Positions 11,901 to 17,715 of a stretch of 43,540 nt of DNA are shown piece by piece. How positions within the stretch are numbered: position 1 is the stretch's first letter; every line of letters begins with the position of its first letter. This stretch comes from Bacteroidetes bacterium UBA6063 (lineage in GTDB: Bacteria; Bacteroidota; Bacteroidia; NS11-12g; UBA9320). Position numbers and translations under genes: made by a program. Under the pieces are notes generated by a model. It was not told the origin of the DNA and ran no database searches. It saw only the letters and a list, made by a program, of their open reading frames with translations. The stretch lies in the NCBI GenBank assembly GCA_002428905.1, contig DIYD01000100.1, forward strand, positions 1-43,540. Reading direction: 5' to 3'.

Positions 11901-14900
11901 ACCAGGAACAGTTGGAGGATCAACAACGATGTCTAATGACCATGGCTCTGAACTGTAAGAAGAGTCACAACCTGTAGTTGTGTTTGTAATCATTGGAACG
12001 TTTACGTTGCTAGTTCCTACCGGAGTAAGAGGAAGCGTCGTAAATGTATCAGTCAACATTGTACCGTTACCAGTAATGTTGTTTGGTCCGTCAGTAGGAC
12101 CAGTTGTGTACCAATCGAAATCCCAAACGTCTGAACTTCTCACACCACCTACGGTGTAAACAACGTCCGTTGTGTAGTTCACACAAACGTTAGAGTCAGT
12201 CATTAATGAAATGTAAGGACGAGGCATTACATTCAATGTAGCGTTAGGATCTGAAACAGAAGTATTCTTACAGAAAGGAGGAGTTCCTGCACCACCTGTC
12301 CAGCCAATGCTGTCAATTACAAGTGGACGTGCATCAAATGCTCCGTTTGCATCCTGGTGATACTGTGTTGGGATTGTTCTTGTGAACGCACCGTTACCAG
12401 TACCAGTCCAGGTAGCTGTATCTGTTGTACCAACACGGTACCAGATTGTCCAGTCTTTACCAGCACTGTTTGTTACTGTAAAGCTATAGTCGTTATCTAA
12501 ACCAGAACAAATGTCTGTTCCAGTTACGTTAGCAAAACCAGATACATCTGGAAGAGTCAATACGTTTACGTTAAATGTACTTGGTGTGTTACCAACACAT
12601 GTAGTTGTAGTATTTGTGATTGCTGAGAAAGCAACTACCTTAATACCTGGAGGCGTTAATGCAACCGTGAATGTATCAACCATAGATACAGGACCTGTAC
12701 CCATTACAGTGTGATTTGTAGTACCACCGTCTGTAGTAAATGTGAATGACCAGTTGTCTGTAGCCTCAACATCAGATACTGTGTATCGAATTGTAGCAGA
12801 CTCACCGTCACAAACATTTGTAGTAACACTATCAATTGTTAATACTGGAAGATCGTTTACAACCACTACCAACTCTTCACCAGAGAATGAATCAGAATTT
12901 GTACAGTTATGCGTAGTATTTTCAATTTGAGCAATGTCAATGCTATAAGGAGAACCACCAGCTGTTAAACCTAGAGCGGCGTTAACAGTGTATGTAGTTG
13001 CTGCCATGTTTCCAGTACCTGACCAAATTGATGGTGGCATGTTGTCTTGAGCATTACTGATGTAGTTGATTTCCCATCCTACATTAATTAATGCACCACC
13101 AATAGAAGCACAGTACTGAGCGTTCGTTACGGTAAGGTCGAAATTGGCTGTTGTGTTTTCACAAACAACTAGCGTGTCTGTACTTAAGTCAACGTCAGGT
13201 TTAGGGTAAACCGTTACAGTGATTGTACCAATTGCACCGATTGAACCCGTACATGGGCTTGTTGTATTCTTGATACTATCAATAGTATATGTGTAAACCC
13301 CAGGACTAAGGTTTGTAGGTACACCTACCAATACAGTAGAGTCGCCATTACCCATTCCTGTGAATGTTGTACCACCACTTGTAGCACAAGAGTTAGATAC
13401 TAAACCGTCATCGCTGCTGAAGTAAACAGTCCAGTCAAGACCATTACCTAACAATTCAGCATTGCTTACAGTATAGCTAAATGTATTTGTATCCCCTTCA
13501 CAAACGGTTACGTTTGAAGCACTGAAAGTAACTTCTGGCTCTGGGTTAACCGTCAATGTAAATGTATCAGGTACACTTACCGGACAGTTAGCTGCCGTTG
13601 GAGTTACAATCTGACCAGTGATGGTTGAAGTGATGAATTGATACTCACCAGCTGTCAGTAAACCACCATTGTTTGCAACAAATGTGTATGAAGAGTTACC
13701 AGAACCTGTTAATGGATCCGGGAAGATGTTACTTTGAGTAGCATCGGTGTAGGCCAATGACCAAGGTACGTTTACAGAAGCACTGTTAAGTGCACTACAG
13801 TATCTTGCATTGGTTACATCAATATTAAAGTTCGCTGTTTCACCCTCACAAACTTCAGCGTCGTCTGGAGAAACAGATACCTCAAGTCTAGGATAAACAT
13901 AAATAGTGATGGTGTTTGTTGTTGCCGTACCTGTACAACCTTCATCTGTATTCGAAACGGCAGTGATTGTGTACGTGTAAACACCAGGAGTAAGGTTATT
14001 TGGCACGGTGAACGTATCTGTTCCGTTACCATTACCTGTAGAGCTCATTACGATGCCAGCATTCTCAGCAGCATCAACATTACAAGAAGAGTTTAAGTTA
14101 CCACTTGTTTCTGTTACTGTGTAGCTCCAATTAACTCCATTACCATTTAATACTGCGTTTGTAATCGCAACATAAACTTCACCGCTATCTCCTTCACAAA
14201 CACTTGCCGTAGCAGAAGTGAATGATGCGTCTGGAGCTGGGTGTACTGTTAATACGTGATCCGTATTCGCTGTCATTGTATCCGGACAGTTTGTAGACAA
14301 ACCTGTCGTTGTAATGATTGTAGCAGAATAGGTATACGAACCAGCTGTTAATGTACCAGCAGTGTTTGAGTTATATGAAGTTGTAGCACCGTTACCCGTA
14401 CCCGTGATTGGGTTTGGAGCGTTACTTGCTACGTTATCCGTAATACCAGAAATTGACCAGTCAACGTCTGTAATGGTACTTGGCGTAGAACAGTATCTCG
14501 CATTAGTTACTACTAAAGAGAAATCGTTGAACGCGATGTTACCCTCACAAACATCACTTGAATCTGGTTGAACTGTAAATTGTGGAGTTGGATATACATT
14601 AATAGTGATAGTCTGTGGACCATATGTAACTCCGTCAACCGTACCAGTACAAGGACCGTCTGTGTTTACAAAGTTTGTTAATGTATAAGTGTACTGTCCA
14701 ACTGGAAGTGTTGCTGGAACGTTAATCGTAAATGTTCCGTTACCATTTCCAGTATATGTACCTGAACCACCTGGTAAGTCCTGAGTTACAGCGCCATTAC
14801 AACCAGAAGCTACCTGACCAGAAGACTCGGTATATGTAATCTCCCAGTTAACGCCTACTGAATTGTGCTCTGCATTTGTAACTTCAAATGCGAACGCTCC

Positions 14901-17465
14901 GGCTGTACCCTGGCAAACATCAATTGTTTGGTTACCAGCTGAAGCATTGATCTGAACGTCTGGACGTGGATCAACACTAATAATAAAGGTATCACGGCTT
15001 GCTGACCCAGCACCACACGTTGTACCACCAGTAGAGTTAACTACAGAAGCGTCAAACATGTGATCATCTGGAGACAAAGTACCTAAACCGTTAACACCAA
15101 TTGTGTAAGTTTGGTTACCACTACCTGTTAAACCAGGAATTTGAGTAACCACGTCACTTTGAACGTTATCCGTATTAACAGTAATAGACCAGTCAGCAGT
15201 ACTTGAAGTACCAATGCCGCTACAACCAACTGTATTTGTAATACTTAAATTGAAAGATTCTGCATCGTTCTCACAAACATCCTTCGTATCAGGATTCATT
15301 GTGATAACCGGAGCAGGCTCAATAATAATGGTGATGGTTGGGTTAGCACCTACAGAGGCACCACCGGTACCACAACCAGCTGAAGTATTTGTAATAGAGT
15401 TTAATGTATATGTGTAGTAACCTGGAGCTAGGTTATCCGGAATAGTGAAAACAGTTGAACCGTTTCCTGTTCCTGTCAAACCTCCAGTGATAATTCCTGC
15501 CGTTGTACCAGCCGTACAAGGAACACCACTTAATGCGCTTGCTCCAGCAGCTGTATAACTAACACTCCAGTTTTGACCAACACCTGAAAGCATCGCTCCC
15601 GTAACATCTACACTAAATGTAGTTCCACTTGTTCCTTCACATTGAGTGATTGAAGAAGTATTGAATGTTACCGATGGGTTTGGGTTAACTGTTAATGTAT
15701 ATGTATTACCCGAAATTGTTCTTGAACAACCTGGAGCAGCAGGAGTGGTAACCGTGATTGTACCTGGATCGAACACATACGTACCAGCTGTTAAAGCTGC
15801 ACTCGTAGTGTAAGGTCCCTGAATACCTTCACCAGTACCTGTTAACGGAGAAGCACCAATTGTACTAAGGGTAGCATCCGTATAGGTTAAGCTCCAGTCA
15901 ACATCAGTAAGAACACCAATACCTGCAGTAGTACCACAGAATTCAGCGTTTGTAATGTTGATGCTAAAGTTATTTGAATTTCCTTCACAAACAGAGTTCG
16001 AAGCAGGGATTACAGTTACCTGAGGAGTTGGATCAACTCTCCAGTCAACCGTAGATGTTCCGATAACCGTACCGGTACAACCATTTGTTGTATTTGTAAT
16101 ACCTGTTAATGTATACTCATAAATACCAACACCCATTGTAGTTGGTATATTAAACGTAAAGGTTCCGTTACCAGAACCCGTATAAGTAGTACCTAATAAA
16201 CCAGCTGTACCTGAAGCACAACCTGTTAACTCAGCAAAAGAAGATTCTGTAATTGTTGCTTGCCAGTTTACAGCAACAGTAGAACCACCGTTGTTGTATT
16301 CTGCATTCGCAACTGTAATATCAAATGAAGTTCCAGACCCGCTTCCATTACAAATGTTGCCAGGAGTAGAACTGAAAGTAATGGTTGGTTCAGGATAAAC
16401 AGTAACATTTATTGCATTCGTCGAAATAGTGTTAGGACATCCATCCGACGTGTTAGTAATAGTAGAAATTGTTGCGTTGTAAACACCAGGTGATAAAGTA
16501 GCACCTGTATTTAAGTTTACCGCAGTATTGCCAGAACCACTAGAGGTCAATAAAGCAATTAAGGCCGCATCACCTGAAAAGGAAATCGACCAGCTTGCAT
16601 TACCTCCACCGGAACTAGGATCATATTGTGCATTTGAAATATTGTACGTGATGTTCACATTACCACCCTCACAAGTAGACAAGGTTGACATTCCGGAAGG
16701 AACGGTAACTGTCGGTAAAGGATTTACGGTAACTGTGCTCGTACTTGATGTTGTCGTACCACAAGCGTTGGCAACAGTAACATAAACGTCGTCTTGGTCA
16801 TCTGTTAGTACAGTAGCGTAATCATAATCGTCAGTAAGATCAGTTACATCAGTAGTAGTTTGTACAACCGAAGCAGAACCACCGTCTGGCTGTCGGTACC
16901 AAGTGTACGTTAAAATGTTTGCCGGGCTAGGTCCGGTAACTGTAGCAGTAAACGACGCATCGTCTCCTTCACACACATCAAACGATGGTGTCAAAGTTAC
17001 TACCGGGTTACCATTTACTTCTGTGTAGTTGAATGGCCCTAAGGTGTCTGCATCATTACAAGCACCAGAAGACTCCGTTGCAACTGCCCAGTAAGTAGTA
17101 GTACCTGACAAAGCGCTCGCATTGTTTACGTTCAGGGTAGAAGTATTCCAACCTGAGTAATTTGGAGCACCTGCTGCCACGATAGCTGTTGCAGTACCAA
17201 AAGTACTTCCTACATACCACTGGTATGTAATAGTACCGGCACCACAATTACTGGTAGCAACAATCGGTAAGATTAAAGTTGGTGAAGCCGTGCCACAAAA
17301 ATCATTGTCGGTCTGTGGCGTTGAATTCACGGTAATAGCCGCATTTACATGCGTAAAAACAGCACCTAAGACAAACACCAGCAACGCTAGGTATCTGACA
17401 AAAGCTGTCTCAATTTTTAAGGATGGCCTCGTTCGCGAGGCAAATCTACTATTAGTCATGTTCAC
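2931..17465 (-). CDS. giant (about 4,840 aa) T9SS type-B-sorted multi-domain cell-surface adhesin-like protein
   Basis: One uninterrupted 14.5-kb ORF with an N-terminal signal peptide (..LALLVFVLGAVFTHVNAA). It has about 45 tandem 80-125-aa Thr/Ser/Gly/Asn/Val-rich domains, four PKD domains and a C-terminal T9SS type-B (gliding-motility-associated) sorting domain. The start is either GTG at 17465 or ATG at 17459. Confidence 0.95.
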   Translation of the reverse strand: MNMTNSRFASRTRPSLKIETAFVRYLALLVFVLGAVFTHVNAAITVNSTPQTDNDFCGTASPTLILPIVATSNCGAGTITYQWYVGSTFGTATAIVAAGAPNYSGWNTSTLNVNNASALSGTTTYWAVATESSGACNDADTLGPFNYTEVNGNPVVTLTPSFDVCEGDDASFTATVTGPSPANILTYTWYRQPDGGSASVVQTTTDVTDLTDDYDYATVLTDDQDDVYVTVANACGTTTSSTSTVTVNPLPTVTVPSGMSTLSTCEGGNVNITYNISNAQYDPSSGGGNASWSISFSGDAALIALLTSSGSGNTAVNLNTGATLSPGVYNATISTITNTSDGCPNTISTNAINVTVYPEPTITFSSTPGNICNGSGSGTSFDITVANAEYNNGGSTVAVNWQATITESSFAELTGCASGTAGLLGTTYTGSGNGTFTFNIPTTMGVGIYEYTLTGITNTTNGCTGTVIGTSTVDWRVDPTPQVTVIPASNSVCEGNSNNFSINITNAEFCGTTAGIGVLTDVDWSLTYTDATLSTIGASPLTGTGEGIQGPYTTSAALTAGTYVFDPGTITVTTPAAPGCSRTISGNTYTLTVNPNPSVTFNTSSITQCEGTSGTTFSVDVTGAMLSGVGQNWSVSYTAAGASALSGVPCTAGTTAGIITGGLTGTGNGSTVFTIPDNLAPGYYTYTLNSITNTSAGCGTGGASVGANPTITIIIEPAPVITMNPDTKDVCENDAESFNLSITNTVGCSGIGTSSTADWSITVNTDNVQSDVVTQIPGLTGSGNQTYTIGVNGLGTLSPDDHMFDASVVNSTGGTTCGAGSASRDTFIISVDPRPDVQINASAGNQTIDVCQGTAGAFAFEVTNAEHNSVGVNWEITYTESSGQVASGCNGAVTQDLPGGSGTYTGNGNGTFTINVPATLPVGQYTYTLTNFVNTDGPCTGTVDGVTYGPQTITINVYPTPQFTVQPDSSDVCEGNIAFNDFSLVVTNARYCSTPSTITDVDWSISGITDNVASNAPNPITGTGNGATTSYNSNTAGTLTAGSYTYSATIITTTGLSTNCPDTMTANTDHVLTVHPAPDASFTSATASVCEGDSGEVYVAITNAVLNGNGVNWSYTVTETSGNLNSSCNVDAAENAGIVMSSTGNGNGTDTFTVPNNLTPGVYTYTITAVSNTDEGCTGTATTNTITIYVYPRLEVSVSPDDAEVCEGETANFNIDVTNARYCSALNSASVNVPWSLAYTDATQSNIFPDPLTGSGNSSYTFVANNGGLLTAGEYQFITSTITGQIVTPTAANCPVSVPDTFTLTVNPEPEVTFSASNVTVCEGDTNTFSYTVSNAELLGNGLDWTVYFSSDDGLVSNSCATSGGTTFTGMGNGDSTVLVGVPTNLSPGVYTYTIDSIKNTTSPCTGSIGAIGTITVTVYPKPDVDLSTDTLVVCENTTANFDLTVTNAQYCASIGGALINVGWEINYISNAQDNMPPSIWSGTGNMAATTYTVNAALGLTAGGSPYSIDIAQIENTTHNCTNSDSFSGEELVVVVNDLPVLTIDSVTTNVCDGESATIRYTVSDVEATDNWSFTFTTDGGTTNHTVMGTGPVSMVDTFTVALTPPGIKVVAFSAITNTTTTCVGNTPSTFNVNVLTLPDVSGFANVTGTDICSGLDNDYSFTVTNSAGKDWTIWYRVGTTDTATWTGTGNGAFTRTIPTQYHQDANGAFDARPLVIDSIGWTGGAGTPPFCKNTSVSDPNATLNVMPRPYISLMTDSNVCVNYTTDVVYTVGGVRSSDVWDFDWYTTGPTDGPNNITGNGTMLTDTFTTLPLTPVGTSNVNVPMITNTTTGCDSSYSSEPWSLDIVVDPPTVPGTLTPNYTICDGDPGPYTFTLSGYTGAVQNWDSSDNDGFTWYDIGNTTDTHTVVSPHLTTRYQVVVKSGACPADTSNEVILFVHPQPAATLVSVDDSICENSNITVVFEVSGVPNTHGYEVDYSVSNGTTTNTGTWTGTGSSATITETLTNGGSGFPAGNWTVKLTSINNTNTSCDTTLNDSLTVKVKSNPVGSTASTANDTLCYQSSGFVRWDGTAADGYVVKWQKKTPAATTWTDIAGSGADSIEFIGLTQTTMFRAVIENAPCTGQAFSAAVTVTVLSTNPSAAWVGLPSNLKFCASPTTTTTLNYSVSGTNGNAWTLTILEAGTTHTVNGTGDVASAGFTTSAGSMLASFDVTLVKLVISSGTFTCTKNLDNTGIAQITVIDLPTVTLNSLTSEVCDGDSVTMNITVSDIKATENWELNYTINSVAKTATGTGSGTFSILIPHTVSGGNATQTVVLTSIENTTTQSAAAANCTNTLTGVSGTYEAKSATVAGVLGTSISVCKGASGFVTETTASTNGSVITEWLTRTWNSGTSSWSSWTSIGNTTTSQAYVNIQTNTEFKAVYQNSPCDTAESNVVTITVKELPEGTIALAAGSDTICEGSTATINLTVSNIDNGQTFTVYYVEGSVNKSQTFTNNATNTHSFTTGTINSTTDITLSKIETTSGTLCENTALNSTVTVTVQENPTATIASYDNVLCHGETVDFSVTVGNMGSTDAWTLTVTLDGNSETFTGTGTGTFSFTTTGTVTDPSDVLALTNITNNSTQDACNTTLTESVTITVDPTTVPGVIGTAAISSDTIVCMGGSGFVKEFTAGTGNIIKWQSRRNGTSTWVDINSTNTTQFFFNLTDTTEYRAVYQSGTCATAFSDTVTATPKALPEAVISTVVDDSICAGDTSIIEITVTNVDNGSNFDLYYSEGSVNFMASFTQNATGVHTFSTSALTANTLVQLTKIEVTSTGSASVPACENTLSSNGTVTVLDLPFASITAGPDTLCQMDNIVFTVTVTNVLSTDNWSLRYELENDEDTITGTGPGSVTWVDTDPNTAESAKIQLIEILNLSNVGTCKSVNTDDWDIYIYKPTEPGDIEASTDTICKGGSTSIAEVTGTPKQGVTVSWEYKPISSSNWTALNNNNTTLNIQNLLETTDYRAVYKSGVCDTAHSNVVRIQVEELPLATISGSTAICAGDSVDLTVTISNVGTSQDWELDYLAGTLFGQLTGTGAGTHTLRVGNFITNSDVILRELATVSGTPQCINDMLTNNAQARVNINERPYASLNSVVSPICQTFTSSFSFTVSNVRSGDDWTLTYEVDDATAAVTTTGKGPGTFTLATPSLVDAKTYNVNLISIVNNTTGCDSSLSSTMDIVVDATTTPGSVASDTTVCYAAHVGTVTHTGGNGSIVRWETSIDGGTSWATISNTNSSYTYTNLTNTSLFRVVKKNGVCSEASTTPITVTVNDLPTAVISGSDTICAGTSANLTVSVTNTQGEDWSVSYLVGTVLDTISVSGPLTTGTITTGSIKTNTDVTLKKVWMTSGTPQCQNDNLNNNATATVEVDDEPNATLISLTDSVCTGSTAAGKVNVTDVRTSEAWTVYWSINGGPADSVSGTGAGSFNFATASLTVNPSVVRLTKIVNNTTGCEGSPTDQDFVIVSPETVGGTLAGSDTVCKDANSGTLTLGADAVGDVVRWEYSTDNGTTWTTINNTASTYSYMNLSGTTLFRVAVKSGACSEKYSSTATITVNELPLASIVTVGAPNICEGSSTFVALNITNVGAGMDWELTYLQGSSVKTLMGTGSGADTIWTGTLSATTSITLQSMKITSGSPQCSNNNFTNNYTTTINVIDNPKATITAFPTDICKGETPTVTILVDNVLSTEAWTVIYQVNGGSNITSTGVGSGQFNLANMPQFNTEGDNGVSLISITNTSSNPNCTGILSDSITINVDSTTLGGAISGVATVCKGGDGKLTLSGHRGSIVKWQASTDGINYYDIANTADTLNFTNLTVKTWYRVEVMNGVCDAEFSAVKTVDIQELPTVTINNPTLDICSGESVSLSLSIGNVSSTSTWSIDYTENGTPNTYSVGTGTNETITFGPYTTNTTIIITGITETNGLGCSNTISETAKVTVTPNPTATITTVPDSLCAGDIFVFTVSVDDVETGTDWELDYEIDGTAGPTKRGSGSGTFTVNTGRTVAANSVKVQLTEIALDNALGCDTDLNDSAEVKVSPTTVGGTLAPSTTTICKGGSATLTLSGETGAIQNWEASTDNGATWTVLSNNTNTVTINNINETTQYRVFVKSGTCTGAYSTVATVTVIPTPQATVTSNAMVCPGDVATFTLHVTDVAATDGWSVVYTRNGVTVPTPVTGTGSGDFNFTVTGSAYTGNPTLITVELVSITNTTHGCVNNDLNSTASARVTPNPVASFTADNSCEDSTVVFNNTSSIPEGTISSYKWYFGDGDSSVNGSPSHVYATAGTYNVTLVAWSDNGCRGEVTQTITVHPNPTADFTFANVCKNETFSATDASSVASGSIVSWFWTFGDGTTSTAQNPTHDYAASGNYDVTLTVVTDNGCSNTVSKEITVYILPEANFVATPVCEDAPMKFVNASAIGYGTMTYEWDFAGQGTSTDKDPEFTFTGFGTFSIRLIATSDNGCKDTIFRDVTVYPAPTADFTVADVCIGDASVFVNASTVPGTDNIIEYFWDFGDANFSGLENPSHTYDAAGDYNVTLRVKTDRGCENAVTKVASVIALPDVDLTAQGPTEFCEGDSVVLSANANARSYDWTWDGGTSTAGSVTAKTTGWYKVRITAPPIGCANEDSIFITVHALPVVDAWLRDDITKQIDTVDKGGSIEVHATAGYDGYLWTPNAYLNTDDMADVIAERVDDDITYTVTVTERHDDGVECENSTTVTVIVRDAFNLVVYNTVTANGDGVNDTWWIDNIWAYPEAEVIIFNRYGMEVFNGTAYANDWDATFNGNDLPDGPYYYVVTHPDFPDTVYKGVINVIRETK
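2934..3206 (-). other. T9SS type-B C-terminal sorting domain (last 91 aa of the giant protein)
   Basis: NLVVYNTVTANGDGVNDTWWI..AEVIIFNRYGMEVF..NDWDATFNGNDLPDGPYYYVV..YKGVINVIR matches the TIGR04131/CHU_C-type pattern (NGDGxND .. IFNRWG .. WDG .. G.YYY .. G.V.LIR). Confidence 0.85.
3702..4685 (-). repeat. four tandem PKD domains (aa about 4261-4588 of the giant protein)
   Basis: Four units of 81-83 aa. Each carries W-x-FGDG, NP(S/T)H-x-Y, G-x-Y-x-V-T-L and (S/T)DNGC, e.g. YKWYFGDGDSSVNGSPSHVYATAGTYNVTLVAWSDNGC. Confidence 0.85.
4686..11921 (-). repeat. array of three-domain (W-X-Y) supermodules, period about 280-300 aa (about 850-900 nt)
   Basis: Nine copies of a 'W' domain (C.G..G...W......W..I.......L..TT.YR.V...G.C), starting near aa 1849, 2043, 2344, 2637, 2932, 3218, 3500, 3789 and 4068. 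From 2043 on they are separated by two other roughly 95-aa domain types. The repeats are visible at protein level only. Confidence 0.8.
12861..16715 (-). repeat. array of alternating A/B domain pairs, period about 232-243 aa
   Basis: A-type domains carry (V/I)TNA(Q/R/E)(Y/F)C...DWS. B-type domains carry NAE/NAV..G(V/L)(N/D)W..T(E/D)(S/T)SG..TG(N)GNG(T)FT..G.YTYT..(I/V).NT...C.G. Six A units interleave with five B units, and V-x-P-x-P linkers lie near aa 356, 477, 593, 715, 831, 957, 1074, 1191, 1306, 1419 and 1536. Confidence 0.75.
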
Positions 17466-17482
17466 AATATTTGTACAGGGGG

Positions 17483-17490
17483 CAAAAATA
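17483..17490 (-). promoter_or_regulatory. candidate -7 box (TATTTTTG) for the giant adhesin gene
   Basis: Exact TAnnTTTG on the minus strand, 17 nt upstream of GTG 17465 and 23 nt upstream of ATG 17459. No well-spaced -33 TTTG was found. Confidence 0.35.
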
Positions 17491-17715
17491 GGAAGATTAT
17501 TCCAAAAAAAAATTATTTGAAAAAAATATAATCAGATGATTTTTTTCGTGGTGTAGTACAAATGAGACACTGAATTTAGGCCTTACAATTATCTCAATAT
17601 CAGTTAATTATAAAATGTGTCTTAAGAAGCCTTAAGATTTCACCGATCCTAAAGCACCATTCTTAACACGTCGGTCTAACCACCCAAATTCACCAGCTCA
17701 ATTCAGCACGATTTT

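Noticed and set aside
13814-17247. Same-strand out-of-frame ORFs inside the giant gene (13814..14032 and 17056..17247).
   Set aside because: They are short, nested and in the wrong frame relative to an unbroken domain-repeat frame. There are no independent start signals or recognisable products.
2931-17465. Whether the strong periodicity could reflect a CRISPR array, a satellite or a DNA tandem repeat.
   Set aside because: The periodicity exists at protein-domain level only (roughly 30-40% identity by eye). I found no exact or near-exact DNA repeats with unique spacers, and the whole region is one open reading frame.
2931-17465. Calling the giant protein SprB, i.e. the orthologue of the gliding adhesin.
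   Set aside because: Only the type-B CTD and the adjacent PorP/SprF-like gene are shared. The passenger repeats do not look like SprB repeats, and the partner is PG-anchored, so I call it only a type-B-sorted adhesin-like protein.
3076-17520. About 20 plus-strand ORFs of 60-111 aa in the track, lying antisense to the giant gene (e.g. 9969..10304 and 5080..5340).
   Set aside because: The sense strand is dominated by ACN/GTN/GGN/AAY/TCN codons, whose complements rarely form stop codons, so long antisense frames arise by composition alone. Their translations are low-complexity with no motifs, and every one is fully nested in the 14.5-kb CDS.
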